Notes: generated by a model from the letters alone, not told the origin. A stretch of 64,000 bases of DNA from Candidatus Doudnabacteria bacterium (GCA_041644975.1 JBAZQX010000001.1:103274-167273); one strand, 5' to 3'. Counted from the stretch's first letter, positions 38,725 to 48,062 are shown. Numbers and translations are program-made.

Positions 38725-39864
38725 ATGAGATCAAAAGAGGTGAAATATCAATATCGCACTTGGTTAGAAATTGACACCAAGGCAATAAAAAATAATTATC
38801 AGATTTTTCGCAATTTAATTTTCAAAGACTGCAAGCTTTGCGGTGTGGTCAAATCCAATGCTTACGGCCACGGTTTAGTGGACTTTTCAAAAGAGTTAGA
38901 ATGTTTGGGCATTGATTTTTTAGCAGTGGATTCTGTTGTGGAGGGTTTGCGTCTAAGAAAAGAGGGCATCAAGACTCCGATTCTGGTTTTAGGATATACT
39001 TTACCCTTGTTAGTTAAAAAAGCGGCTATCAATAGTTTAAGTCTAACTATATCTTCTTTTGACGCAGTATACAGCTTACCAAAATTACTGGGGCGCAAGA
39101 AAATTAAAATTCACCTTAAATTAGACACGGGAATGCACCGACAAGGGTTTTGCGAAGATGACGCGCAGAAAGTATTAAATTTTTTAAGTAAAAATAAGAG
39201 TATAATTTTAGAAGGCACCTATACTCATTTTGCGGCTGCAAAGAATCCGGCGTTCCCGCAAGACACAAAAAAACAGCTTGCTATTTTTCAGAAATGGATT
39301 AAAGAATTAAGCGAAAAAGGCTATAAGCCGATTTGTCACGCTGCGGCGACAGCCGGGACTATTCTCTATCCAGAAGCGCGTCTTGATATGGCGCGCGTTG
39401 GCATCGGATTGTATGGTTTATGGCCATCCAAAGAAGTAAAAGCCTTTGCGGCAGAGAGATTAAAATTGAAGCCGGCAATGCGATGGAAAACAATAATAGG
39501 TGAGATTAAAAATCTTTCCAAAGGCGAACGGATAGGGTATGATTTCACCGAGAGGGTAGATCAAAATTCAAAAATCGCCATCCTGCCTGTAGGCTATTGG
39601 CATGGTTATCCGCGCAGTTTATCCAGTATCGGTTATGTTCTGGTCCAAGGGAAAAGATGCAAGATTTTAGGCCGAATTTCTATGGATATGATTATTATTA
39701 ACATTAGCGATGTTCCTAGAGCAAAAGTCGGCGATGAAGTGTATCTATTGGGCAAAAGCGGTCAGGAAGAAGTTAGCGCGGATGACCTAGCGTATCTTTC
39801 TGACACTGTAAATTACGAAATCGTGACAAGGATAAATCCATTGATTAAGAAAGTGTATATTTAA
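38725..39864 (+). CDS. alr: Alanine racemase
   Basis: PLP-Lys motif VVKSNAYGHG; 379 aa. Confidence 0.9.
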   Translation: MRSKEVKYQYRTWLEIDTKAIKNNYQIFRNLIFKDCKLCGVVKSNAYGHGLVDFSKELECLGIDFLAVDSVVEGLRLRKEGIKTPILVLGYTLPLLVKKAAINSLSLTISSFDAVYSLPKLLGRKKIKIHLKLDTGMHRQGFCEDDAQKVLNFLSKNKSIILEGTYTHFAAAKNPAFPQDTKKQLAIFQKWIKELSEKGYKPICHAAATAGTILYPEARLDMARVGIGLYGLWPSKEVKAFAAERLKLKPAMRWKTIIGEIKNLSKGERIGYDFTERVDQNSKIAILPVGYWHGYPRSLSSIGYVLVQGKRCKILGRISMDMIIINISDVPRAKVGDEVYLLGKSGQEEVSADDLAYLSDTVNYEIVTRINPLIKKVYI

Positions 39865-39871
39865 TTTTTCG

Positions 39872-40990
39872 TTGGCAGAGAAAATTATGTCTAAAATTAA
39901 AGTTGGCATTTTATTTGGCGGCAAAAGCGCAGAGCACGAGGTTTCTTTGGTTTCTGCGGAATCAGTGATGGGACATCTTAATCAAAATAAATATGAATTG
40001 ATCCCTATGGGGATTAACCGCGAGGGCAAATGGATTACAGCAGGCGAGCCTCTAAAACATTTAAAGAAGGGTAGACAAGGAGAGGTGCGGAAAAGGGTAT
40101 TGCCAGCAGTGCACTATAAGGACGTAAAATCCTGTGTTGCCACAAAAGCAGTGGATGTGATTTTTCCGGTTTTACATGGCACTTATGGCGAAGATGGCAC
40201 TGTTCAAGGCTTTTTGGAATTAGCGGATATCCCATATGTGGGCGCAGGAGTCGCGGCATCGGCAATAGGAATGGACAAGGTTTTGCAGAAAGAGATATTC
40301 CGGGCTAAGGGTCTGCCAGTGATTAATTATTTGGTTTTTTGGCGCAAGCGGATTTTAGAAAGGTTAGATCCCCAAGTCGTGAAAGAGATTGAAGAAAAAA
40401 TCGGCTACCCTTGTTTTACTAAGCCCGCTAATTCAGGTTCTTCGGTAGGTATTTTTAAGGCGCATACAAGGGCCGAGCTTCGGTATATGATTAAAAAAAC
40501 CGCTCATTTTGACCGCAAGATTATTGTGGAAAAAGCGGTCGCTAATGCCTGTGAAATTGAGGTGGCGGTTTTGGGTAATGATGATCCAGAGGTTTCGGTT
40601 TGCGGTGAAATTATCTCTTCCAATGAATTTTATGATTATGAGGCGAAGTATATTGATGGGAAAAGTAAAGCGATTATTCCCGCAAAGATTTCCCAAAAAA
40701 TAAGTGATGAAATTAGAAAAATCGCGCGAGAAGCCTATCTGGCGATTGACTGCTCTGGAATGGGGCGCGTTGATTTTTTGGTGGATGGAAAAACAAATGA
40801 AGTGTATTTAAGTGAAATTAATACAATCCCAGGATTTACCTCCATTTCTATGTATCCTAAACTTTGGCAGGCATCGGGTCTTTCTTATCCGCGGCTTCTG
40901 GATAAACTAATTCAGTTGGCTTTAGAAAGATTTCAAGATAAACAAAAAAATGAGACTATGTTAGAGTTAAAAAGTAAGTGGTATCAGTAA
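39872..40990 (+). CDS. ddl: D-alanine--D-alanine ligase
   Basis: KIKVGILFGGKSAEHEVSLVSA and ATP-grasp motifs; 372 aa. Confidence 0.9.
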   Translation: MAEKIMSKIKVGILFGGKSAEHEVSLVSAESVMGHLNQNKYELIPMGINREGKWITAGEPLKHLKKGRQGEVRKRVLPAVHYKDVKSCVATKAVDVIFPVLHGTYGEDGTVQGFLELADIPYVGAGVAASAIGMDKVLQKEIFRAKGLPVINYLVFWRKRILERLDPQVVKEIEEKIGYPCFTKPANSGSSVGIFKAHTRAELRYMIKKTAHFDRKIIVEKAVANACEIEVAVLGNDDPEVSVCGEIISSNEFYDYEAKYIDGKSKAIIPAKISQKISDEIRKIAREAYLAIDCSGMGRVDFLVDGKTNEVYLSEINTIPGFTSISMYPKLWQASGLSYPRLLDKLIQLALERFQDKQKNETMLELKSKWYQ

Positions 40991-41022
40991 ACCCCGTTAG
41001 AAATTTATTTCTAACGCGGGGT
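40990..41022 (+). repeat. CCCCGTTAGAAAT hairpin directly after the ddl stop codon
   Basis: accccgttagaaattt atttctaacgcggggt, a 15-bp stem with one 2-nt bulge. No U-tract. Confidence 0.5.
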
Positions 41023-41030
41023 TAATGGTG

Positions 41031-41100
41031 GCATTAATGGTTCGGCCCCGCTCCGCCGAAGTCCGCCTAAGGCGGACGGAGGCGAGCACGGTTCACCATT
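41031..41100. repeat. GC-rich imperfect long palindrome centred on gtccgccTAAGgcggac
   Basis: attaatggttcggccccgctccgccgaagtccgcc taag ggcggacggaggcgagcacggttcaccattaat. Its GC content is far above the local average. Confidence 0.45.
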
Positions 41101-41149
41101 AATTCTTAAGCTTTACCGAAGGCAGTAGACTGATTGCGCATTAAAATAA

Positions 41150-41176
41150 AAAATGGCTAGAATAAGCCATTTTTTA
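41150..41176 (+). terminator. Rho-independent terminator of the alr-ddl operon
   Basis: aatggctagaataagccatt hairpin followed by tttttt. The same stem (AATGGCT...AGCCATT) reappears as a terminator at 57490. Confidence 0.55.
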
Positions 41177-41193
41177 GTCATTCTTTTAAGGAC

Positions 41194-41451
41194 TTATTTC
41201 ATCCCTTGAATTTCTTTTAATTTGAAATAGTCCCCTTTTATTTTTTCAATTTGAATTTCCGCACCTTTTGCTATAGTTTTTTGATTGAGGAGGTTGAGAT
41301 TGAATTTTAAATTTAGAGGAGCAATAATGGCTCCGTGCTCTTTAATTTCGCCCAATTCAATTACTATTTTGGTGATTTTTTTTAAATGACTTTTTTGGGC
41401 ATATTCCAAAGCTTGGTGCAAAATTTTGTTGGCAGCGTGAAAATCGTGCAT
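41194..41451 (-). CDS. hypA: HypA-like hydrogenase nickel-insertion protein lacking the Cys4 zinc motif
   Basis: N-terminal MHDFHAANKILHQALEYAQKSHLKKITKIVIELGEI matches the HypA MHE nickel-binding N-terminus and first helix. No Cys residues at all; 85 aa. Confidence 0.45.
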   Translation of the reverse strand: MHDFHAANKILHQALEYAQKSHLKKITKIVIELGEIKEHGAIIAPLNLKFNLNLLNQKTIAKGAEIQIEKIKGDYFKLKEIQGMK

Positions 41452-41457
41452 AAAATT

Positions 41458-41559
41458 GGTAATTAGTAATCCGTAATCAGTAATTGGTAACTTTCGCCGC
41501 TCCGCGGCGAATTGACCCTCCCATTACTGATTACGGATTACTAATTACTGATTACTATA
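41458..41559. repeat. Inverted array of GTAATYA heptads (5 + 5) with a GC palindrome in the spacer
   Basis: ggtaatt agtaatc cgtaatc agtaatt ggtaact ...cgccgctccgcggcg... attactg attacgg attacta attactg attacta. Confidence 0.6.
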
Positions 41560-42813
41560 TTAATGTACCGCGCAGGTGATGCAGGGATCATAGGCGCGGA
41601 TGAGCATTTTAATATCGTTTTCTTTTCTACTATTCTCTAAAAATTTTTCCAGATCATTTTCCAAATTCGCTAAAAATTGAGCAGTGGGAGTAATAATATT
41701 GCAGTTTTTGATAAAACCCCTCGCATCGATTTCGTAATAATGGAAAAGAAGTCCGCGGGGCGCTTCAGTAACCCCCAATCCCCTGCCCGCCTTCGTTTTG
41801 TATTTTTGTATTTTTTCCGCTTTGATTTTAAATTCTGAAAGGATTTTGATTGTTTCTTCCGTCGCATGAATTACTTCAATCATTTGGGCAAGAAGATTAT
41901 AAAAGATATTATAGCAAGGGAGGGTAAATTCAGCGCGGGCGAGAGCTTTACGCGCAAATGGGTTTAATTTTCTGTAATTTAAATTGATGCGGCTAAGCGC
42001 GCCTACAAGATAACTTTCGCGGGCGATTTTTACTTTTTTGATTAAATCTCCTGCCATTTCTTGCTCTTCGTTCGCCTTTTTCAAAAATATTTGGGGGGAG
42101 TAAGTTTTATTTTTAGGTAGTTTAATTTGACCATTGTAGAGGGCATATTCTTGTTTGTTGGCTAAGGCGGCAAAAACAGTTAAGCGTTGAAATTCTGGGA
42201 AGGTGAGATTATTTAAAAAGTCAAAAAGGTCATTGGCGGTTTCCAGATTTTTTTTCGCGGTATTCAAGATTTTATTGAGCATTCTTCCCGAGGGTAACTT
42301 ACGAAAGCCGCCGATGGCAGTAGTTGTCGGGTGGATATTGCGGCCGCCGATTGTGTTTAAAATGAGGTTGCCAAAGTCGCGGATTTGGATTGCTTCTCTC
42401 GTAATTTTAGGATTGATCTTCACTAAAGTTAAATCGCTTTTTAAATTAAAAAAATCAGAGAGGGCTAAAAAATAGATATGCGTCATATGGCTTTGAATGA
42501 ATTGGCCGAACAGCATTAGTTTGCGCAGGGTTGTTGTTTGAGGGCTTGCTTTAACGCGCAAAGCCTTCTCTATTGCTTTGATGGCAGTCAAATTGTGGAC
42601 AGTGGGACAAATGCCGCAGATTCGCGCCGTAATCCAAGGCGCTTCAGTATATTTTCGTCCGATTAATATTCCTTCAATAAGCCTCGCTCCTTCTTTGACC
42701 TCCAAACGCGCTTCGCGGATGAGACCATTTTCTAATTTACCCACAAATCCCGCATGACCTTCAATCTTGTTGATTGCGTTGATAGAAATGGTAATTTTTT
42801 CTCTAACAGACAT
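41560..42813 (-). CDS. [NiFe] hydrogenase large subunit (group 3b/sulfhydrogenase alpha type)
   Basis: N-terminal RICGICPTVH and C-terminal DPCITCAVH nickel-binding CxxC pairs; 417 aa. Confidence 0.85.
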   Translation of the reverse strand: MSVREKITISINAINKIEGHAGFVGKLENGLIREARLEVKEGARLIEGILIGRKYTEAPWITARICGICPTVHNLTAIKAIEKALRVKASPQTTTLRKLMLFGQFIQSHMTHIYFLALSDFFNLKSDLTLVKINPKITREAIQIRDFGNLILNTIGGRNIHPTTTAIGGFRKLPSGRMLNKILNTAKKNLETANDLFDFLNNLTFPEFQRLTVFAALANKQEYALYNGQIKLPKNKTYSPQIFLKKANEEQEMAGDLIKKVKIARESYLVGALSRINLNYRKLNPFARKALARAEFTLPCYNIFYNLLAQMIEVIHATEETIKILSEFKIKAEKIQKYKTKAGRGLGVTEAPRGLLFHYYEIDARGFIKNCNIITPTAQFLANLENDLEKFLENSRKENDIKMLIRAYDPCITCAVH

Positions 42814-42850
42814 GAAAATTTAATGAAAATTGAAAATTATAAATTATTTA

Positions 42851-43576
42851 TCATTTGTTCCCAAAAATTTCCAGAACCCTCTCATACTCTTTATTGCCTA
42901 AAAGTTCCTGCATCTTTTCTTCATTCGGTTCATTTACCCTGCCGCGGCAGCCAGTGCAGGGCAAATTACTTTTTAAGCAGATTGCTTCGCACCCACCACG
43001 GATCATCGGTCCGAGACAGGGTTTGTCTTCTAAAAGCAGGCAGGGATAATTTTTAATTTGGCATTCATAGCAGACTGGACGATCAGGCAGATGCGGTTTA
43101 CTGCCAATCGCTACTTGTCTTAAGACTTCTAAAATTTCTTGATTGTTTGGCGGACAGCCGGGAATGACAAAATCTACAGGCACGTAAGCAGATAGGGGTT
43201 GAATTTTCCAATTATCAATTTTTTCTCCGGAAGACGGATAAACATATTTTAAGATTTTATCTTTATTGCCGTAATTTTTGATTTTTTGGATATTGCCTAG
43301 ATGCGCGCAGGCGCCTAGAGCGATCAAGGTTTTAGTTTGTTGACGCAGATTTTTTAGTTTTATTTTTTCCTCTTTCCTGGTGACCGTTCCTTCAATAAAT
43401 GTAATATCAATGTCTATTTCGTTATTAGCCTTTTTGTCCTCAATAAGATGGAAATCCGCTAATTCAAAATCCTCCAAGACTTTAAAAAAAGTTTGGCCTA
43501 AATCTAAAATAGAGAAAAGACAGCCATTGCAAGAGGTGAGCGAAGTAATAATTAAAGTTTTTTTCTTTTTTTTCAT
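42851..43576 (-). CDS. [NiFe] hydrogenase small subunit (delta)
   Basis: SLTSCNGC proximal-cluster motif and further Cys ligands; 241 aa. Confidence 0.8.
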   Translation of the reverse strand: MKKKKKTLIITSLTSCNGCLFSILDLGQTFFKVLEDFELADFHLIEDKKANNEIDIDITFIEGTVTRKEEKIKLKNLRQQTKTLIALGACAHLGNIQKIKNYGNKDKILKYVYPSSGEKIDNWKIQPLSAYVPVDFVIPGCPPNNQEILEVLRQVAIGSKPHLPDRPVCYECQIKNYPCLLLEDKPCLGPMIRGGCEAICLKSNLPCTGCRGRVNEPNEEKMQELLGNKEYERVLEIFGNK

Positions 43577-44349
43577 CGGAAAAAAGGAATACGTTTTTGA
43601 GGGTTGAGGTTAATTTTTATCTTTTTGTCGAGGTCTTGATGTTGATTTTTTTTAATAATGCAACGCGTTAAATCAAATGGGTACATACCGGGTTTTCCAA
43701 AATCAATGCATGCAGGGATAGCTTTGCTGATTTTAGCCAAATATTCCAACCTCTCTTGTTCGGCTTTAAGTTTTTTTGAGAGGGAGATTAGATTCGCATT
43801 GTTGGCACAATCTATTACCACACCAAAGTGGTGGAAGACATTTTGACCTTTGATTACTTTTAAATTCGGCGGCACAAAAACGTTTTTAAAAATCGTTTTC
43901 TTGATGCCATATTGATATTCTAAATCCGCGACACAGTTTCCTTGCTGTTCTTTGATATTAACGAGTTTGCAAAGGGTGAGAATATGGGCTAAGGCATAAG
44001 ATGGAGAGTAGATGTCCTCAATCTTGTTTTCAGCGATACCTTCGGTGTGGTCTAGGGCAAAACACTCTAAAATATCTTCTTGATCAATCAAAATTTTATT
44101 ATGTTTTTCCGCGTAGTAACTGATTGTATTGGGAAAGGCGGTAATAATGTAGCGAGAAAGTGTGGCAAGTTTAACCGGTTTATTTTGGATAAACTTTTTT
44201 AAATCAACGGTGCTGATGCAAAAGGGGTGCAAAAAAAGCCTACTTACTTTATCAATTGCCTTAGGTGTACATTTTATTTTTTTAAAATAAGGCAGGGTTT
44301 TTGCCCTTGCCATATTCAATTTTTGGATGAGACCACCTTTTTTGGCCAT
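43573..44349 (-). CDS. Hypothetical protein in the hydrogenase operon (translationally coupled to the small subunit)
   Basis: 4-nt overlap with the downstream gene. No recognisable domain. Confidence 0.4.
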   Translation of the reverse strand: MAKKGGLIQKLNMARAKTLPYFKKIKCTPKAIDKVSRLFLHPFCISTVDLKKFIQNKPVKLATLSRYIITAFPNTISYYAEKHNKILIDQEDILECFALDHTEGIAENKIEDIYSPSYALAHILTLCKLVNIKEQQGNCVADLEYQYGIKKTIFKNVFVPPNLKVIKGQNVFHHFGVVIDCANNANLISLSKKLKAEQERLEYLAKISKAIPACIDFGKPGMYPFDLTRCIIKKNQHQDLDKKIKINLNPQKRIPFFR

Positions 44350-45272
44350 AGTTTGTTTTGGAAGACCACAAGATAAAGCCCAAAAATTAAAAGCAGAATT
44401 CCTGTTATTTTTAAAGGGATCGCTTTTTCATTGATAAATATCAGAGAGAGAAGAGAAGTAAGGGGCGCGCCGAGGGTCATAATTGCGGCGGCAGTAAAAG
44501 CGGGAATGTATTTCAAACCATTATAAAAAGTAGTCACATAACCAAAAAGAATGATGGCGCTAATCACTATCCAAAGATATTGCCATATGGAATAGCCGAG
44601 GGTGAGGTGAAACCCGTTGTTTTTGACCAGGAGGAATAATAAGATCAGAATTGCGCCAAAGAACATTCTGCCCCAAGCAACCATGAAGCCTGAAAGACGG
44701 GTAAGAACTTTTTTGGCAAGCGCGATTTCAAAAGCCCACATTATTGCAGCTATTAAAATCAGGAGATCGCCGCGATTGAGGCTTTCCGGTTTATATTGAA
44801 AGTAGAATATACTGCCCAAAAGCATTATAAAGGCGGCGACTAGTTCATATTTGTTAATCTTTTTTTTCAGAAATAACCAAGAAATCGGCACAAGCCAAAT
44901 AAACATCGTTTTATGAAAGAAGCTTGCTTGCGCGGCTGAAGTGAGGGTTAAGCCTTTGAAAAAAAGAAGGAAGGGCACAGAGCCGCCTATAAAACCAATT
45001 AAGACTAAATTCCACCAATCCCTGCGGGTCAAACTCTGAAATTCCTTGAGCCGATAGATCAGAAAAAGCATAGCCGTTAATAATATGGCAACCAGAATAT
45101 TTTTTGCGAAGGTAAAAAAGTAGGGCTCAATACCCGACGCCCCCCATTTATTCAGGAAGACGGAGAAACCAGAGATGATGCTTGTAGTTAAAACAAGAAG
45201 AATGCCTTTAGTGTATTTCATAAAAGTTAAAAATTGAAAATTAGAAATGAAAAATTGCAATTTAAAATGCAA
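44316..45272 (-). CDS. EamA/DMT-family transporter
   Basis: 10 TM helices, a duplicated EamA-like architecture. Confidence 0.55.
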   Translation of the reverse strand: MHFKLQFFISNFQFLTFMKYTKGILLVLTTSIISGFSVFLNKWGASGIEPYFFTFAKNILVAILLTAMLFLIYRLKEFQSLTRRDWWNLVLIGFIGGSVPFLLFFKGLTLTSAAQASFFHKTMFIWLVPISWLFLKKKINKYELVAAFIMLLGSIFYFQYKPESLNRGDLLILIAAIMWAFEIALAKKVLTRLSGFMVAWGRMFFGAILILLFLLVKNNGFHLTLGYSIWQYLWIVISAIILFGYVTTFYNGLKYIPAFTAAAIMTLGAPLTSLLSLIFINEKAIPLKITGILLLIFGLYLVVFQNKLWPKKVVSSKN

Positions 45273-45465
45273 AATTATTGAACATCAAATTTAAAATATC
45301 CTTTGTTTGTTTTTCTGATATTTTTTTAATAATTATTCCATTTTGTTCTAATACCCAATCCCCTGTTTTAATAGAGACCAAAGAAGCGTCAAGTGTTTTG
45401 CCCTGCTCATTTATTGCTTTATTTTTTTTTAATCCTATGATTTTTTGGGGAATAGTAAGGCACAT
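45262..45465 (-). CDS. hypC: Hydrogenase maturation factor HypC
   Basis: MCLTIPQKIIG matches the HypC MC(L/I)(A/G)IP N-terminus; 67 aa. Confidence 0.7.
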   Translation of the reverse strand: MCLTIPQKIIGLKKNKAINEQGKTLDASLVSIKTGDWVLEQNGIIIKKISEKQTKDILNLMFNNFAF

Positions 45466-45501
45466 ATTAAAAGTTAAAAGTCATTTAATTTGAAACTAAT
45501 A

Positions 45502-46311
45502 TTAGATTACATTTGGTAAATTTTTGATTTCCGCCCACGAAAATACCGGTCCTTCTTTACAGACGTATTTTCCATTCGGGAGCGCACAGTGTTGGCAGAT
45601 GCCGATGCCGCAGTGCATGCGCCGTTCCAAAGAAAGATAAATCTCATCGTCTTTAAATTTTAATCTTTTCAGCCTCTCCAGAACGAATTTATACATTATC
45701 GGCGGTCCCACCACGAGAGCCAGAGCATGTTCAATAGTTTTATATTTATCAAATAAAGTGGTAATCACACCAATATTTCCTTTCCACTGCAACTGGCATT
45801 GATCTAGGGTTACTTTAACATCAATTTCCTGCTTTTGCCAAGAAGGAAATTCTTTTTCAAAAATGCGGTATTCCTCGCATTTAGTACCATAGAGGAGCTG
45901 AATTTTTTTATAAGAAGCGCGGCGATGTAGAATACTTAAAATTACGGAACGTAAAGGGGCGAGACCAATGCCGCCGGCAACAATGAGTAAATTTTTATGC
46001 ACTAGCTTTTTCAAGGGAAAACCGTGTCCATAAGGTCCTCTCACGCCCACATAGTCGCCCTGATGCATATGAAAGAGGGCAGAGGTGACAATACCTTTTT
46101 CCTGAACCGCGATTTGAAATTGTTTGCTGTCGTATTGGCTGGAGCAAAAGGCGAAAGGCGCTTCACCCACTTTAGGAATAGAGAGTTCTAAAAATTGGCC
46201 TGTTTCAAAAGTTGTTTTTTTTTCCGGTTTTAAAGTAAAAACTTTGACTTGAGGGGCATCTAGATACACATCAATAATTTTTGCTTTTTGAGGAAGAAAA
46301 GGGTTAAACAT
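45502..46311 (-). CDS. Sulfhydrogenase gamma-type subunit (FAD/NAD(P)-binding PyrK-like oxidoreductase with 2Fe-2S)
   Basis: FNR-like fold motifs and C-terminal CGIGICQHCALPNGKYVCKEG. Confidence 0.8.
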   Translation of the reverse strand: MFNPFLPQKAKIIDVYLDAPQVKVFTLKPEKKTTFETGQFLELSIPKVGEAPFAFCSSQYDSKQFQIAVQEKGIVTSALFHMHQGDYVGVRGPYGHGFPLKKLVHKNLLIVAGGIGLAPLRSVILSILHRRASYKKIQLLYGTKCEEYRIFEKEFPSWQKQEIDVKVTLDQCQLQWKGNIGVITTLFDKYKTIEHALALVVGPPIMYKFVLERLKRLKFKDDEIYLSLERRMHCGIGICQHCALPNGKYVCKEGPVFSWAEIKNLPNVI

Positions 46312-46344
46312 AAAATAGGTTCAAAATTTAAACACAAAAATAAT

Positions 46345-46941
46345 TTAGAATCCGGCTCCACCAGGAGTATATATTACTAAAACATATCTTCCTTCAGCAT
46401 CGGGGGTTAGGCTATAGAACATTGGATCAGAGGCAGGCACTTGATTTTCTACTGTCCAATGTGCATAAATTTTGTAATCAGCGCCATTTGATCTATAAAG
46501 ATAACAGCTAATAGAAGTTGCGGGGCTTGGATTAGGGTCTACGGGCAAGGTTGTCATATAGGTTGGGGCAAGGTTCGGTATCCAACCAGTTGCTCCGGTA
46601 TTAGGGTGGCTTCCGTAAGCCGAACAAGCGCCCCACCAGGCGCCACCCGTGGAGGGATAAGCATTGCTGCTATCGTAATAAAGCTCAAGAGCGGTTTGCA
46701 GTTGTTTCATAGATGCTCTTCTTTGAGTATCTCTTGCTTTTTTACGAGCACTATTAACAGATACAGTGACGATTGTTGCTAAGAGGCCAATTATCGCAAT
46801 TACTACGAGAAGTTCAATTAAAGTGAAACCCGTTAGAAATTTATGTTTTTTATTGTGGCCTTCATTACTTCCCGTTATTTCTAATGGGGTAAACCCTTTT
46901 TTTTGTGTTTTTTTGTTAAGAGTTTTAATTATATTTTTCAT
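46345..46941 (-). CDS. Type IV pilin-like protein (prepilin N-terminal cleavage/methylation domain) inside the hydrogenase operon
   Basis: G/FTLIELLVVIAIIGLLATIV class-III signal. Its ATG overlaps the hydB stop codon (ATGA). Unusually long leader of 39 aa. Confidence 0.65.
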   Translation of the reverse strand: MKNIIKTLNKKTQKKGFTPLEITGSNEGHNKKHKFLTGFTLIELLVVIAIIGLLATIVTVSVNSARKKARDTQRRASMKQLQTALELYYDSSNAYPSTGGAWWGACSAYGSHPNTGATGWIPNLAPTYMTTLPVDPNPSPATSISCYLYRSNGADYKIYAHWTVENQVPASDPMFYSLTPDAEGRYVLVIYTPGGAGF

Positions 46942-47888
46942 TTGAATTTCTTAATTTTTTCCAGATTTTTTTTAATATTGATTCCCACAGGGCATACTTC
47001 AGTACAGCGGCCGCATTGGACGCAACCGACAAAACCGTATTCTTGAGGCATACGGACAAATTTATGGTCATACCAATTATATATTCTTTCCGTTCGATTT
47101 TTTAGAAACTTATACTCGCCTGCCACTTCGGAAAATTCAGAGTAAAAACAGTTGCCCCATTCGCGGAATGCTTTGCCGCTGCCTTCGGTTTTTAAATCGT
47201 AGCAGTAACACATAGGGCAGACAAGGGTGCATTTGCCGCAAGCAAGGCATTCCCCCCCTAATTTTTTCCAGAATGGGAAACCATAGGAGGCTTTAATTTT
47301 TTTCGCTATTTTTTGCAAATAGAGAGAATAGCCTTGGTCTTTAAGGGGGCCTTGATATTCAATATGCTCATAACGTTCTTCCCCAAAACCTTCCAGAATT
47401 TTTTGCCCTTCTTCTGATCCCGAAAAAAGACGATAAGAATTATTTTGATTTTGGTCAAAATAAAGATCAAATTTGAGATGATGCAATATTTTATTCTCAA
47501 ATTCTTGATAAAAAGAGTTTTCATCGGGCACAGGAGAAATTCCACAAATAATACTGTTCCTCAGGTTGGCTTGGAAATAAACATCGCGGCTGAAAATTAT
47601 GGAATAGTATGTTAAAGCCTCTAAATCAAAGAGAGGGATACCAAGAACAATTCTTTTCTTTTTTTCTTTGTCAGGGGAGTGATATTTTTTATTATAATAA
47701 GAATACAGTTTCTCTTTGCCTGGCAGAAAAAGCTTTCGCAAGGGGTAAAAAGGTTTGCGGCTGTATTCAATATCGCGCGAGGATTGGATTTTCCCGAACC
47801 GTACAATTCCCCTGCTTTCTTTAGGGGCATAAACTTCAAACCGCAGAAGAAGCCAGTTGATGAATTTTTGGTAAGTGATGGAATCCAT
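46938..47888 (-). CDS. Sulfhydrogenase beta-type subunit (4Fe-4S protein)
   Basis: CLACGKCTLVCPMC and CVQCGRCTEVCPVG ferredoxin-type motifs; 316 aa. Confidence 0.8.
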   Translation of the reverse strand: MDSITYQKFINWLLLRFEVYAPKESRGIVRFGKIQSSRDIEYSRKPFYPLRKLFLPGKEKLYSYYNKKYHSPDKEKKKRIVLGIPLFDLEALTYYSIIFSRDVYFQANLRNSIICGISPVPDENSFYQEFENKILHHLKFDLYFDQNQNNSYRLFSGSEEGQKILEGFGEERYEHIEYQGPLKDQGYSLYLQKIAKKIKASYGFPFWKKLGGECLACGKCTLVCPMCYCYDLKTEGSGKAFREWGNCFYSEFSEVAGEYKFLKNRTERIYNWYDHKFVRMPQEYGFVGCVQCGRCTEVCPVGINIKKNLEKIKKFK

Positions 47889-47899
47889 TAAAATTTTTT

Positions 47900-48051
47900 A
47901 ATTGCTCTAATTGACCTAATTTTCCCGCCTGCGCCCTTCGGGCTTCGGCGGGCAGGTAAATAAATCCCAATACCCAATGTCTAAATCCCAAATAATTTTG
48001 GATATTAGTCATTGGGGTTTAGACATTATTTAGGTCAATTCGGACGAAAAA
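47900..48051. repeat. MITE-like element with terminal inverted repeats ctaattgacctaat / ttaggtcaattcg and an internal UUCG-type hairpin (gcccttcgggc)
   Basis: About 12-bp terminal inverted repeats read from the sequence. The left end is homologous to 35893-35912. Confidence 0.5.
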
Positions 48052-48062
48052 GATTTTATTTT

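Noticed and set aside
41031-41100. SRP RNA or RNase P RNA in the GC-rich palindromes (also 35940-36030)
   Set aside because: Neither strand contains the conserved SRP domain IV (GGAA…GCAG) or RNase P P4 (GGAAAGUCCGG) strings.
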